DNA of 64,000 nucleotides from Mobula hypostoma (GCF_963921235.1 NC_086097.1:127970001-128034000), one strand, 5' to 3'; shown: positions 27,290 through 41,979, numbered from the stretch's first letter. Notes: generated by a model from the sequence alone, not told the origin. Translations and numbers: made by a program.

Positions 27290-28617
27290 ATCATCATCAT
27301 CATCAGGTGCCGTGCCCAGTTTGAGCTTTGACTGCCATGGCCCACACACTCCTGTTTCGGGTCAAGTGGATCAATTCATTGGTATTCATTTCCAGTTCTC
27401 TGGCTGCTGTCTCCTTCATCATTTGTCTTTGTCTTCCTTTTGCTTTTTTCCCTTTAATCTTTCCCTTAATTACCGTGCATTCTAACTCCTCTTTCCTATT
27501 CACATGTCCAATGAAGTTACATTGCCTTTTCATGATCTCATACATTATTTCTCTTTTTGTTTTCTCTGTTCATGACATACTCGTTAGCTATTCATTTCAT
27601 CCATGATATTCTTTGCATCCTCCATAAAACCACATCTTTGCTGCTTCAATTCGTTTCCTCATGTTACTAGATATTGTCCAACATTCTGACCCATATAACA
27701 TAACTGGATAAACGTGATATTTCAGTACTCTGAGGCGGGTTGTCATGCCTAGTTTAGTATTGGTCAGTATACTCTTCATTCTCGTAAAGGTGTCTTTTGC
27801 CATCCCTATTCTTCTTTTGATATCTGTGTCGCACCTGCCATCTGATGTTACCCAGCTTCCTAAGTAGCAAAAGTTCTGTACTTGTTTTATGTCTTCTCCG
27901 TTTATTCTCAGCCTGCAGATAAGATTCTCCTTCTTTTTGGATATCACCATACATTCTGTATTTTTGCAATTCATAGACCCATTTTTGCACTTTCTTCAAC
28001 AACTGTATCAATTAAGTTTTGTAGTTCTTCCTCTGTACCTGCAATTAACACAGTGTCATCTGCATATCTGAAATTATTGATGTTTTCACCACCAACTTTG
28101 ATTCCCAAGATGTCTCTTACTTTTTGTAGTATTGTTTCACTGTACACATTAAATAAATCAGGGAAGAAAACACACCCTTGTCTAACGCCTCTCTTGATTT
28201 TCGTAAACTGACTCACTTCTCCATCTATTCTTACAGCGGCAGTTTGTTCCCAGTAAAGATTTCTGATTAGGTGGAAGTCTTTTGAATCTAGATCTAGAGT
28301 TTTCTGTAATGTTTCAAATAACTTATTGTGCTTCACTTTATCAAATGCTTTTGTGTAGTCGATAAAGCAAACAAACAACTCTTTTTGCATTTGAATAGCT
28401 TGTTCTGATGGTGTCCTTAACATCAATATTGTGTTTTTTGTACCTTAGTCTTTCACAAAACCACATTGTTCTTTACCTATTTCAGCTTGTATCTTACTTT
28501 TAGCTCTTGTCATCAAAATTCTTAGAAGTATCTTGGTGATATGACTCATTAAACTTATGGTCCTATGTAATTCACATTCTATTGCTCCAGGTTTCTTAAG
28601 AAGAGTGATAAGTACAG
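27290..28617 (-). mobile_element. 5'-truncated RTE-clade LINE
   Basis: FIDYTKAFDKV, GVRQGC, NFRYADDTVL, FCYLGS, LYGSECWT and a (GAT)n 3' tail at about 27290-27304. Confidence 0.9.
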
Positions 28618-31306
28618 TGATCTAGGTCAGTGATAATAAACCTGATTCTGATTCTCTGGAGGTGCAAGCTGTGATTAAATTCCAACTGAGTATTCATCAT
28701 CCTTGTGTAAAATCGATTGGCCTAACGATTCAAAGGAAAAGTAACTGCTACTGAGTCAATAATTAAATATGATATTAATAATGCATCAAATGCATCTCAA
28801 AGAGATGAAAAGTACACGAATGGGCCATTCAATCTTTCAGTATCTCTAGCATTGTGGTCCTACCTGAACCTGGCTTTCTTGCATTCGTCCCGTATTCCCT
28901 GAAGGCCTTATTTCATAAGATTCTCAATGATGGAATTGCAGCAGCTTTTGGAGGAGAGGCATGAAGAACTCCATATTCCCAATGATATTTAAGTGAATGA
29001 GTCCTTATGGGCTTGGGCAAGCAGTTGCCATGCCAACCTGTGATGCACCCAGGTAAGTTCTATTTATTGATCCTTTTGGCAGAGAGTATTACTAATTTTC
29101 ATGAACAGTTCTGTTGAGATGTCCTCCCACAGGGCGTTTAAGCAGACATGAACACACATAGACTCATTTCAATAAAAATGTGGCTGTCTGTAAACATGGA
29201 GAATGAAGCTAAGAATAGGTGGCATGAGCAACCTTCTTAGACTACTGCCATGTGTTTTCTTTCAGTGATAACGTCGTTGGAAAGGATGGAAACAAACGGC
29301 AAACATCATTGATCACCGCCATCAAAGCTAGTCTTCAAGCTAAAAGCCTAATTCACATCTTCAGATAAGATAGTCAAGGAAACTATTGAGAAAAGATGAA
29401 AAATGCGGCTGCATTGCAAATTATTAAGAATAATAAAAGCAGTCATTTTCTCTATAACGTGAGCTAAGAAAATTCAATTGTTATGCATTGTAAAATGTTT
29501 GCTTTTCTACCCTGTAATCAGTTGTATTGTAATTCCAATATAAGATAGCATATCATGAATAAACATCCAGCAATTTAAATCACATTAAGACATCAGCAGG
29601 CTGTTATATTTAATGAAGAAGTAAATCCCTTCTTCAAATGATATCTAAATGAAGACCTTCCTCACCCTTCATACTTCAGTAGCTCACCAGACACAATCAG
29701 AAACAGATGAGTGTTGTTTTAACAGCCACTTTCAATTAAGGCACATTAAACATCTGTCAGTTAATATGCCAAGACCATTAGTATAAACACTGGTATCCAA
29801 TACTATCAGGCAACTCCCAGCTACCATTAAATAATCCTATGATTATAATCCTCATTAATGAAAACACAAGAACTTTTATTGCTTTGCTAAGGATGAAACA
29901 CTTATAACAAAGAGATAAGAAATAAAAGCTGATAAGATCTTTTGGATAATTGCAAACAAGCTTTAAGACTGCTAACAGTCTGCGGTCTTTATACCGCGTT
30001 GCGGACAGTTCCTGTTGCTCATTCTTCACCAGTACCCTGGTGCTTATTGTGGCAGCAGGGCACTCAGGACCTCCTCTCCATGTGGGGACCCTCACTCTCA
30101 CATGGGGAGCGTGCTACTCTCATGGTCGGTCTGAGAACTGGTGACCCACAGCCTGACAAAGAGGTGTACGTTCCTGTGCCAGGTGGTCCTCAATGTTTGG
30201 AGAATGTGAGGGTGTCCACTCTGGAATCAAGATAAAATGCTTTGTTACTAGCTGGAAGTTGTGGTTGAAAGGCTGGATTGAAATGTTAACAAACCACTAA
30301 TAACATGTCCCAAGGAACAAATGGAATCAAATACTGGTATTGATCTCAGGAGGTTAGAATCCACGGAGAAGATCCCTGAACTATATAACAGTTAAAACAT
30401 TAACTTGAATTTTTTTCAACAGGGTAGTGTTCCTGTACCCTCTCTATTTCCTCAATATCTTCCCTTTGGTGTGGATTCTAACACTTTATGTAGAATCCCA
30501 CTGCAGGCTTACTTGTGTTTTATACAGATTCGCCATCACAGATTAATATTTTTCCCAATGTAAAGGGCTACCTGCAATCAATAATAATCACTGGCCATTT
30601 GTACTACTGCATTCAAAAGATGTAGCCGATAGCTGCTTTATTTACAGGTGGTCTCACGTCACCAAGGCACAGATCAAAGGGTAGACCCTAAACCTGGGGC
30701 AGTTGCTTTGAACGCCAGATGTTGCTGAGACCTTTTGGGAAAGGGGACAGGTTTACTCTGTTGCAGCCAGCTTGAGGTTAAGAGCTTCTGCGTTACAGAA
30801 TTAGATTAGGACCTAGCTTCAGGTTTCAAAAACTTCATCACCGTACTACTCTCATGGGCATTAAGCATAACACTGGCTGTTTTTCAACTATTAGTTTAAC
30901 AAGAAACCTGGGCTGATTTGCCGTGACGCACAGCATATATAGAAAAGCCACGTTTAGAAAGGAAGGTAAATTATATCTTTATAACTGTTTTGTACATATG
31001 TAGATAAAGCAAATATTAAACTTTTTCGATGTTTAACGTGACATGTACAAATTAAATTGATAGTACAAAAGCTGCACCTTATAAGAACATAAGAAAATAT
31101 CAGATATATCAAGGTTTCAAACCCTATCCATATAGATGAGGTTTAGGGGGCAGTGTGGTCACTACAAGACACAATGTATTGTTTCTAGGATGATGTACTC
31201 AAATGAGACATAATGCTAGAAGAAAATAAAAGCATGAGTAGGCCACTCGGCCCCTCAGTCATATCCCACCATTCAATATGATCATGGCTGATCTGCCCCA
31301 GGCCTC

Positions 31307-32150
31307 ATTAGATTAAATTAGATTAGATTCAACTTTATTGTCATTGTGCCGAGTACAGATACAAAGCCAATGAAAAGCAGTTAGCATCTGACCAAAAAAG
31401 CAAAGAATAGTGTTATTTACAAAATAACTGTGAATAAAAAGTAAGTGCTACAGCATACAAGTATAAAAGTACTGAGAGTACAATATGGGTGCAATACTGC
31501 TTAGCGCTGTGATGTGAGGTTCAGCAGGGTCACAGCCTCAGGGAAGAAGCCCTTCCTGTGCCTGCTGATGCGGGAGCGGAGGCTCCTGTAGCACCTACCA
31601 GATGGGAGGAAAGTAAAAAGTCCATGGTTAGGGTGAGATGCATCCTTGATGATGCTTTTCGCCCTGCCCAGGCAGCGCTTATGGTAAATGTTCACAATGG
31701 TGGGCAATTGGGTGCAGATAATCCGCTGGGCAGTTTTCACCACATGCTGGAGTGCTTTGCGGTTCGATACGGGACAGTTACCACACCACACTGAGATGCA
31801 TTTGGCGAGTATGCTCTCAATGTACAGCAGTAAAAGTCCGTCAGTATCCTGGGACAGAGGTGAGCTTTCTTCATGCTCTGCAGGAAATAAAGGTGCTGTT
31901 GCACCTTTTTGATCAGGATGGAGGAGTTCATGGACCAGGTGAGATCCTCGGAAATGTGGACACCAAGGAATTTGAAGCTTGATACACGCTCCACTACAGC
32001 TCCGTTGATGTAGGTGGGGACGTGAGTGTGGCACATAGCATGCCTGAAGTCCACAATGATCTCCTTGGTCTTCTTGTGTTAAGGGCCAGGTTGTTGTCGG
32101 CACACCACGTGGCCAGGTGCTGGACCTTGTCCCTGTAGACTGTCTTGTCA
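31307..32150 (-). mobile_element. 5'-truncated Rex1/Babar-like LINE
   Basis: FKFLGVHISEDLTW and LPSGRCYRSLR motifs, with a (CTAAT)n tail at 31307-31327. Confidence 0.85.
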
Positions 32151-32409
32151 TCCTTTTCTGTGCAAATTCCACATCCCCAAACTTTACAAAATCTTCCTTC
32201 TTTTTCTTTAACGACCTCCAGTTTTCAAGCCTTCACAAACATCTGGGGCAGAGAATTCGAGAGATTTGCTACCAACTGTGTGAAGTTACTGCAATGCATT
32301 TCAGTTTTAAATGACCATTCAGTATGATCAAAACCCCATATCCCAAGGCCATCCTTTGGAGAGTAGCTGAATGCTGAACATGTAATGCCTTTTAAAACAA
32401 ACATAAAGA

Positions 32410-33385
32410 AAAGGTGGGTGGGTGGAGGAAGCAGATGATGTAAGAAGCTGGGAGGTAATAGGTGGAAGAGATAAAAGGCTGATGAAGAAGGAATCCAATA
32501 GGAGAGAACAGTGGATCATGAAAGGAGGAAGGAACCAGAGAGAGGTGTCGGGCAAATGAAGAAAACAGAAGGAGTGAAAGGATAACCAGAATGAGGAATG
32601 GAAAAAGAGAGAAGGAGAAATCGGAGAGAAATTACTGGAAGTTGGAGAAATCAGTGTCCGTGGCATCATATTAGAGGTGACCCAGATGGAGTAGAAGGAG
32701 CCACTCCTCCAACCTGTGTTTGGCCTCATCATGACAATTGAGGAGGCCATGGGCAGACATGCCAGAATGGGAATGGGAAGTCATATTGAAATGGGTGGCC
32801 ACTGGGAGAACCTCTCTTTGGCAGAGTGCTTGACAAAGTGGTCCTCAATCTGTGTTGGATTGTTGGGTCTCACTGATGCAGAGGAACCCGCACCAGGAGC
32901 ATCAGGTACAACAGACTCACAGGTGAAGTGATGCCTCACCTGGAAGGGCTGCTGGAGCCATGAATGGTGTTGAGGGAGAAGATGTAGGGCCAGGTGATGC
33001 ACTCATCCTACTCACGGGGATAAGTGCCAGAAAGAGATCCGTGGGACTCATGTAGAGAGTGATTCCTATGGAAAGCAGAGAATGGGGTGGGGAGAGCAGC
33101 TATGACGTGCTTGGCGGAATCCTGTTATAGATAGCAGAAGTAATGAAGAATGATGTGCTGGGTGCAGAGGCTCATGGAGTGGTAGGTAAAGACAAGGCAA
33201 CCCTACCTTTGTTATGACAGCTGGAGGACGTATGAGGGCAGAGTGCGGACAGGTGAGGGCAGCAGCAAAAGTGGTGGCATAGAAAGTGTATTTTTTGAAA
33301 AAAGTGGATTCCTCAGATTTTCTAGAGTAGAAAGGTTCAACTAGAGAACAAATGGGGCAGAGACGAAGGAACTGAGAAAAATGAA
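32410..33385 (-). mobile_element. Degenerate PLE with GIY-YIG remnant
   Basis: QPFQVRHHFTCES and HFVKH...PPIS motifs are homologous to ORF 49723-50184, with the same purine/pyrimidine-skewed UTR. Confidence 0.75.
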
Positions 33386-35455
33386 TATAAGACCATAAGA
33401 CACAGGAGCAGAATTAGGACATTCAGCCCATCTAGTCTGCTCCGCCATTCCATCATAGCTGATTTACTATCCCTCTCAACCCAATTTTTCTGCCTTTTTC
33501 CCATATCTAGCGATGTCCTGACTAATCAAGAAACATTCAGCCTCTGCATTAAATATATGCGATGACTTGGCCTCCACAGCCATCTGTGGCAATAAATTCC
33601 ACAGATTCACTGCCTTCTGCCTAAAGAATTTCCTCCTCATCTCCGTTCCAAATGGACAGCCTTTTAAACTGAGTCTGTGCCCTCTAGTCCTAGACTTACC
33701 CACTCGAGGAGCATCCTCTTCACATCCATTCTACCTAGGTTTCAATGAGATACCCCTCATTCTTTGAAACTCCAACGAGTACAGGCCCGGAACAATCAAA
33801 TGCTCCTCATACATTAACCTGTCATTTCCTGGAATCATTCTCGTAAATCTTCTCTGGATCCTCTCCAATGCCAGTACATCTTTTAGGTAAGGGGCCCAAA
33901 ACTTCTCACAATACTCCAAGTGTGGTCTGACCAATACCTTATAAAGCCTTGGCATTACATTCATGCTCTTATACCCTAGTCCTCTCGAAATGAATGCTAA
34001 CATTGCATTTGCCTTCCTTACCACCGACTCAATCTGCAAGTTGACCTTTTAGGAGTCCTGCGTGAGAATTCCCAAGTCCTATTGCATCTTTGATTTCTGA
34101 ATTTACTCCCCATTTTTTAAATAGTCTATTCCTTTATTCCTCCTACAAAAGTGAAATACCATACCCTTCCCTACACTCTATTCCATCTTCTGCTTCTTTG
34201 CCCATTCTCCTAATCTGTCTAAGTCCTTCTGCAGACTCCCTGCTTCCTCAACACTACCTGCCCCTCCACCTATCTTCGTATCGTCCATAAACATGGTCAC
34301 AAAGCCATCAATTCCATTATCCAAATCATTGACATATAAAGTGAAATGAAATGGTCCCAAAACTAAACCAGTAACCAACCAGAAAGGGCCTTCTTTATTC
34401 CCACACTGTGCCTCCTGCCAGTCCACCAATCTTCTAATTATCTTTCCAGTAATACCATGGGATCTTATCTTGTTAAGCAGTCTCCTATATGGCAGCCTGT
34501 CAAAGGCCTTCTGAAAACCCAAGTAAGCACTTACTGACTCTCCTTTGTCTAACCTGCCTGTTATTTCCTCAAGGAATTTCAACAGATTTGTCAGGCTAGA
34601 TTTCCCCTTAAGGAATCCATGCTGACTTTGACATCTTTTTCATGTGCTTCCAAGTACCCCGAAACCTCACCCTTAATAATGGACTTCAACAACTTCCTTT
34701 CCACTGAGGTCAGGCTAGCTAGTCTATAATTTCTCTTTTCTTCCTCCCTCCATTCTTAAAGAGTGGAGAGGCATTTGATTTTTTTCAGTCCTCCAGAACT
34801 ATTCCAGAATCTAGTGATTCTTGAAAGATCGTTACTAATGCCTCTCAAGATCTACAGCTATGTCTTACAGAACACTAAGATATAGTCCATCTGGTCCAAC
34901 TGACTTATCTACCCTGAGACCTTTCAGTTTCCCAAGTACTTTGTCCTTATTAATAGCAACTACACTCATTTCTGCCCCTTGACACTCTCGAATTTCTGGC
35001 ACTCTGCTAGCATTATCCACAGTGAAGAGTGACATGAAATACTTATTTATTTCACCTGTCGTTTCTTTGTTCCCTTTTACTACCTCTCCAGTGTCACTTT
35101 CCAGTGATCCAATATCCACTCTCACCTCTCTTTTACTCTTTATATAGCTGAAAAAACTTTTGATATCCTCCTTTATATTTCCTTAATATTTCATCTTTTC
35201 TCTCTTTATGGCTTTATATTTGCCTTCTGTTGTTTTTTAAAGCTTCACTATCCTCTAACTTCCCACTAATTTTTGCTATATTATGTGCTCTCTCTTTTGC
35301 TTTTATGCTGTCTTTCACTTGTCAGCTACAGTTGCATCATCCTTCCTTTAGAATACTTCTTCATCTTTGGGATATATCTATCGTGCACCTTCCAAATTGC
35401 CCCGAGAAATGCCAGTCATGGTCTCTCTGCTGTCATCCTTGCTAGTGTCCCCTTG
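33386..35455 (-). mobile_element. Degenerate CR1 LINE
   Basis: Fragmented RT ORFs (33476-35125) and a (CATAAGA)-type tail. Confidence 0.88.
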
Positions 35456-37975
35456 TGAAATGTTCTATGTTTGGATATTTCACAGGCATGGGTTGTTTTT
35501 GGTTACCAGATACCTCAAGACCAAAAGACCGTAAGATACAGGAGAAGAATTAGGTCATTTGTCCCATTGAATCTACTCCACCATTTCATCATGGCTGCTC
35601 CAATTTTCCTCTCAGCCTCAGTCTTCTGCCCTCTCCCCATATCCCTTCATGCCCTGACCAATCAAGAATCTATCAATCTCTGGCTTAAATATACATAAAG
35701 ACTTCGCTTCTACAGCTATCTGTGGCAAAGAATTCCACAGATTCACCACTCTCTGGCTAAAGAAATTCCTCCTCATCATTGTTCTAAGAGGACATCCCTC
35801 TATTCTGAGGCTGTGTCCTCTGTCTTAGACTCTCCCACCATAGGAAACATCCTCTCCACATCCACTCTATCAAGGCCTTTCACCATTTGATAGGTTTCAA
35901 TGAGGTCACCCCTCATTCTTCTCAATTCTAGGGAATACAGGTCCAGAGCCATCAACTGCTCTTCATATGACAAGCCATTCAATCTTGGAATCATTTTCAT
36001 GAACCACCTTTGAACCCTCCCCAGTTTCATCACATCCTTTCTAAGAGAAGGGGCCCAAACCTGCTCACAATATTCCAAGTGAAGCCTCAGCAATGCTTCA
36101 TAAAGTTTCAACATTACATCCTTCTTTTATATTCTAGCTCTTTTGAAATGAATGCTAACATTGCATTTGCCTTCCTCACCACAGGCTCAACCTGAAAGTT
36201 AATCTCTAAGGAATCCTGCACAAAGGCTCCAATGTTCCTTTACATCTCAGGTTTTTGTATTTTCTCTCCATTTAGAAAATAGTGAACCCTTTCATTTCTT
36301 CTATCAAATGCATGACCAAACACTTTTCGACACTATACTCCATCTGCCATATCTTTGTCCATTCTCCTAATCTCGCTAAGTCCTGTAGTATCTCTACTTT
36401 CTCAAAACTACCTGCTCTTCCACGGATCTTCATGTTGTCACCAAAATTTTCAACAAAGCCATCAATTTCATCGTCCAAATCATTGACATATAACATAAAA
36501 AGAATTGGTCCCAAGTCAAACCCCTGTGGAACATGACTAGTTCCCGCAGCCAGTCAGAACAGGCTCCCTTAATTCCCACTCTTTGCCTACTGTCAATTAG
36601 CCACTGCTTTATCCATGCTAGAATCTTACCTATAAAATCATGGGCTCATAGTTTGTTAAGCAGCCTCATATGCAGCACCTTGTCAAAGGCATTCTGAAAA
36701 TCCAAGTACACAACATGAAATGATTCTCCTTTTTCTTTCCTGCTTGTTATTTCTTCAAAGAATTCCAACAGATTTGTCAGGCAAGATTTTCCCTTGAGGA
36801 AACCACACTGACTACAGCTGATTTTATCAAGTGCCTCCAAGTACACTGAGAGTTCATCCATAATAATTGACTTCAGCATCTTCCCAACCACTGAGGTCAA
36901 ACTAACTGGCCTATAGATTTCATTCTTCTGCCTCTCTCCCTTCTTGAAGAGTGGAATGACATTTGCGATTTTCTAGTCTTCTGGAACCATTCCAGAGTCT
37001 ACTGATTCTTGAACAATCATTACTAATGCCTTCACAATCTCTTCAGTCACCTCTTTCAGAATCCTGGGTGTATACCATCTGGTCTAGGTGTACCACCTAC
37101 CTTCCCACCTATCAGCTTTCCAAGAACCTTCTGTCTAGTTATAGTAATTTCACACGCTTCATGTCTCCTGACACCTGGGACTTCCAACACACTGCCTGTG
37201 TCTTCCACAGTGATGACTAATGCAAAATACTTATTCAACTCATCCGTTATTTTGTTGTCCCCCATTACTACCTCTCCAGTATTGTTTTCCAGCGGTCTAA
37301 TAACCCCTCTTACTTCTCATTTGCACTTTAGGTACCTGAAGAAACTTTTGGTGTCCTCTTTAATATTATTGGCTAGCAGACTTTGGTATTCCATCTTTAC
37401 CTTCTTAATGATTTTTTTTGTTGCCTTTGGTTGGTTTCTAAAAGCTTCCTAATCCTCTAACTTCCCACTAATTTTTGCTCTATTATATGCCCTCTCTTTG
37501 GCTTTTAAGTTGGCTTTGACTTCTCTTGTTAGCCACGGTTGTGCCATCTTTCCTTTAGAATACTTGTTCCCCTTTAGGATGTATATATCCTGTGCCTTCC
37601 AAATTGCTTACAGAAATTCCAGCCTTTGCTGCTCTGTCGTTATCCCTGCCAGTCTTCTTTTCAATCTATTTTGGCCAATTCTTCTCTCATGGCTCTGTAA
37701 TTCTCTTTAGTCTACTGTAATAATGATACATCTTACTTTACCATCTCCTTTTCAAATTTCAGGGTGAATTTGATTGTATTATGATCACTTTCTTTTACTT
37801 TCAGCTCTCTGATCAATTCTGGTTCATTGGATAACACCCAATCCAGAATAGCTGATCCTCTAGTGGACTCAAACACGAGCTGCTCTAAGAAGACATCCTG
37901 CAGGCATTCTAGAAATTTCCCCTCCTGTAATCCACCATCAATTTGATTTCCCAATCAACCTGCATATTGAAGTCT

Positions 37976-40274
37976 CAACATGTCGAGGAACCGACTAGAG
38001 AGCAGGCTATTCTGGACTGGGTTTTGAGCAATGAGGAAGGGTTAATTAGCGATCTTGTCGTGAGAGGCCCCTTGGGTAAGAGTGACCATAATATGGTGGA
38101 ATTCTTCATTAACATGGAGAGTGACGTAGTTAATTCAGAAACAAAGGTTCTGAACTTAAAGAGGGGTAACTTTGAAGGTATGAGACATGAATTAGCTAAG
38201 ATAGACTGGCAAATGACACTTCAAGGATTGACGGTGGATATGCAATGGCAGGCATTTAAAGGTTGCATGGATGAACTACAACAATTGTTCATCCCAGTTT
38301 GGCAAAAGAATAAATCAAGGAAGGTAGTGCACCCGTGGCTGACAAGAGAAATTAGGGATAGTATCAATTCCAAAGAAGTAGCATACAAATTAGCCAGAGA
38401 AAGTGGCTCACCTGAGGACTGGGAGAAATTCAGAGTTCAGCAGAGGAGGACAAAGGGCTTAATTAGGAAGGGGAAAAAAGATTATGAGAGAAAACTGGCA
38501 GAGAACATAAAAAACGGACTGTAAAAGCTTTTATAGATATGTAAAAAGGAAAAGACTGATAAAGACAAATGTAGGTCCCTTACAGACAGAAACAAGTGAA
38601 TTGATTATGGGGAGCAAGGACATGGCAGACCAATTGAATAATTACTTTGGTTCTGTCTTCACTAAGGAGGACATAAATAATCTTCCAGAAATAGTAAGGG
38701 ACAGAGGGTCCAGTGAGATGGAGAAACTGAGCGAAATACATGTTAGTAGGGAAGTGGTGTTAGGTAAATTGAAGGGATTGAAGGCAGATAAATCCCCAGG
38801 GCCAGATGGTCTGCATCCCAGAGTGCTTAAGGAAGTGGCCCAAGAAATAGTGGATGCATTAGTGATAATTTTTCAAAACTCGTTAGATTCTGGACTAGTT
38901 CCTGAGGATTGGAGGGTGGCTAATGTAACCCCACTTTTTAAAAAAGGAGGGAGAGAGAAACCGGGGAATTATAGGCCGGTTAGCCTAACGTCGGTGGTGG
39001 GGAAACTGCTGGAGTCAGTTATCAAGGATGTGATAACAGCACATTTGGAAAGCGGTGAAATGATCGGACAAAGTCAGCATGGATTTGTGAAAGGAAAATC
39101 ATGTCTGACGAATCTCATAGAATTTTTTGAGGATGTAACTAGTAGAGTGGATAGGGGAGAACCAGTGGATGTGGTATATTTGGATTTTCAAAAGGCTTTT
39201 GACAAGGTCCCACATAGGAGATTAGTGTGCAAACTTAAAGCACATGGTATTGTGGGTAAGGTATTGGTGTGGGTGGAGAATTGGTTAGCAGACAGGAAGC
39301 AAAGAGTGGGAATAAACGGGACCTTTTCAGAATGGCAGGCGGTGACTAGTGGGGTACCGCAAGGCTCAGTGCTGGGACCCCAGTTGTTTACAATATATAT
39401 TAATGACTTGGATGAGGGAATTAAATGCAGCATCTCCAAGTTTGCGGATGACACGAAGCTGGGTGGCAGTGTTAGCAGTGAGGAGGATGCTAAGAGGATG
39501 CAGGGTGACTTGGATAGGTTGGGTGAGTGGGCAAACTCATGGCAGATGCAATTTAATGTGGATAAATGTGAAGTTATCCACTTTGGTGGCAAAAATAGGA
39601 AAACAGATTATTATCTGAATGGTGGCCGATTAGGAAAAGGGGAGGTGCAACGAGACCTGGGTGTCATTATACACCAGTCATTGAAAGTGGGCATGCAGGT
39701 ACAGCAGGCGGTGAAAAAGGCGAACGGTATGCTGGCATTTATAGCGAGAGGATTCGAGTACAGGAGCAGGGAGGTACTACTGCAGTTGTACAAGGCCTTG
39801 GTGAGACCACACCTGGAGTATTGTGTGCAGTTTTGGTCCCCTAATCTGAGGAAAGACATCTTTGCCATAGAGGGAGTACAAAGAAGGTTCACCAGATTGA
39901 TTCCTGGGATGGCAGGTCTTTCATATGAAGAAAGACTGGATGAACTGGGCTTGTACTCGTTGGAATTTAGAAGATTGAGGGGGGATCTGATTGAAACGTA
40001 TAAGATCCTAAAGGGATTGGACAGGCTAGATGCGGGAAGATTGTTCCCGATGTTGGGGAGGTCTAGAACGAGGGGTCACAGTTTGAGGATAGAGGGGAAG
40101 CCTTTTAGGACCGAGGTTAGGAAAAACTTCTTCACACAGAGAGTGGTGAATCTGTGGAATTCTCTGCCACAGCAAACTGTTGAGGCCAGTTCATTAGCTA
40201 TGTTTAAAAGGAAGTTAGATATGGCCCTTGTGGCTACAGGGGTCAGGGGGTATGGAGGGAAGGCTGGGTTCTGA
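37976..40274 (+). pseudogene. CR1 ORF2 (partial endonuclease plus RT) with a single frameshift
   Basis: ORFs 37943-38524 and 38601-40274 join across an A-run at about 38509-38514. All RT motifs are intact (PQGSVLGP, FADD). Confidence 0.92.
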
Positions 40275-40381
40275 GTTGGATGATCAGCCATGATCATAAT
40301 AAATGGCGGTGCAGGCTCGAAGGGCCGAATGGCCTACTCCTGCACCTATTTTCTATGTTTCTATGTTTCTATGTTTCTATG
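37976..40381 (+). mobile_element. Young 5'-truncated CR1 LINE
   Basis: Endonuclease C-terminus plus RT, 3' UTR stem-loop (GGTGCAGG...CCTGCACC) and a clean (TTTCTATG)4 tail. Confidence 0.96.
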
Positions 40382-41979
40382 ACTATTGTAACATTGTCCT
40401 TTTGGCATTCATTTTCTATTTCCCGTTATAATTTGTTGGCCATATCCTAACTACTGTTTGTTGGTCTGTATACAACTCCCATCAGAGTCTTTTTACCTTT
40501 GCGGTTCCTGAGTTGTATCCACAATGATTCAACATCTTCTGACCCTATGTCACCTCTTTCTAATGATTTAATTTCATTTTTTACTAACAGAGCAAATCCA
40601 CTCCCTCAGCCTTCCTGCCTACCCTTTCAATACAATGTGTGTCCTTGGAGATTAAGCTCCAAGCTATAATCTTTCAGCCATAATTCAGTGATGCCTACAA
40701 CATCATACTGCCAATCCGCAACTGTGCTGCAAGTTCATTTACCATGTTTACTGCGCACATTCAGATACAATACCTTCAGTCCTGTATTCACTCTTTTCGA
40801 ATTTGTCTGCCTTTTACATCGAGACTCATCCTGTTTACTGCAATTTTACGCTTTCAACAGCCTCTCCTCACTACACATTGTCTCTGTTTGTAAACCAGCT
40901 ACCTTACCTTCAGCACTATTTATCCGTATTTTAAAATTGTATTTTAATACAGGCAGCTCTGAGAATCGCGTTCTCACCCACAGAACCTCCTGTCCGTTCC
41001 CCTGACTAATGAATCTCCTGTCACCATAGCATGCTTCTTCTGCCCCCTTCCCTTCTGAGACACAGAGGCAGAATCAGTGCCAGAGAGCCAACCACTGTGA
41101 CTTTCCTCTCTTAGGTCATTACCCCCCCCCCACCTCGATTAAGAGGGATGGCCACAGGGTTACTCTGCACAGGCTCCTTAACCCCTTTCCCCTTCCTGAC
41201 TGTCACCCAGTTTCCTGTGTCCTGCATCTTGGATGTAACTAATTCTCTATACGTCATATCTCTCACCCCTTCAGCCTCTCAAATGATCCGAGTTCATCCA
41301 GTTCCAGCTCCAACTCCTTAACATGGATTGTTAGAAGCTGCAGCTGGATACGCTTCTCATAGTTGTAGTTGTCAGGGAAACTGGAGGTCTCCTTGACTTC
41401 CCACATCCTGCAAGAGGAGCATTTCACAATCCTGCCGGTCATACCCACTGTCCTAGCTGAGCAGATATAAAGAGAGAAGGAAAGAACTTGAACTTCTCTT
41501 TCCTTTGCTTTCTCTGAGTGAAGTCTCTCTTCACTGAAGCCTCGAAGAGCTGAAGCCTTAGGATCACCACTCTGACTTTGTCCACTCTGGAGATGGGCAC
41601 TGCAATGATGGCCACTGTACTTGTCCCTGCCTTCCTTTAATTTGCTCTTACTAATCAATCCCAAGTGCCGACTGATTGCTGGTCAAAGCTCTATTGTGCT
41701 GCTGCGACCCGATCCTGCCTTCAATCCTCGGACAGTGGACCTGATTGAAGTCCCTTCCTCTCCAAACTTTTGATGTCCGGATTGGCTGCTGGTCAAAGCT
41801 TTTGAGGATTATTTATGAATATGAGAAATGGTGTTCAAATTTTTTAAAAAAGCAGATGTGCTAATGCCCAAACATAAACAAGTGAGGGGCAATGCATAAT
41901 GACATCTTCAACATTTGGATTGGACCTCAGGCTCTTATCTAACCGATCATCTCATACTTCTATCATTCTATTTTATTTT

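Larger units (their letters stand above)
35515..41800 (-). mobile_element. Degenerate near-full-length CR1, split by the plus-strand CR1 at 37976-40381
   Basis: RT and endonuclease fragments at 35800-37954. Sequence resumes at 40381 (GACTATTGTAACATTG) and ends with an ORF1 remnant (CSSCRMWE...NYEKRIQLQLL). Confidence 0.88.

Noticed and set aside
29778..30235. Overlapping ORFs in a GC-richer unique patch
   Set aside because: No recognisable domain and no convincing splice-site pair.
30915..30970. CRE-like GTGACGCA plus TATATA followed by a donor-like AAG|GTAAAT (possible promoter)
   Set aside because: Short motifs with no CpG island or downstream gene evidence.
39188..40297. Long antisense ORFs over CR1 copies (also 3186-4225)
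   Set aside because: They are shadow frames of RT coding sequence with no independent support.
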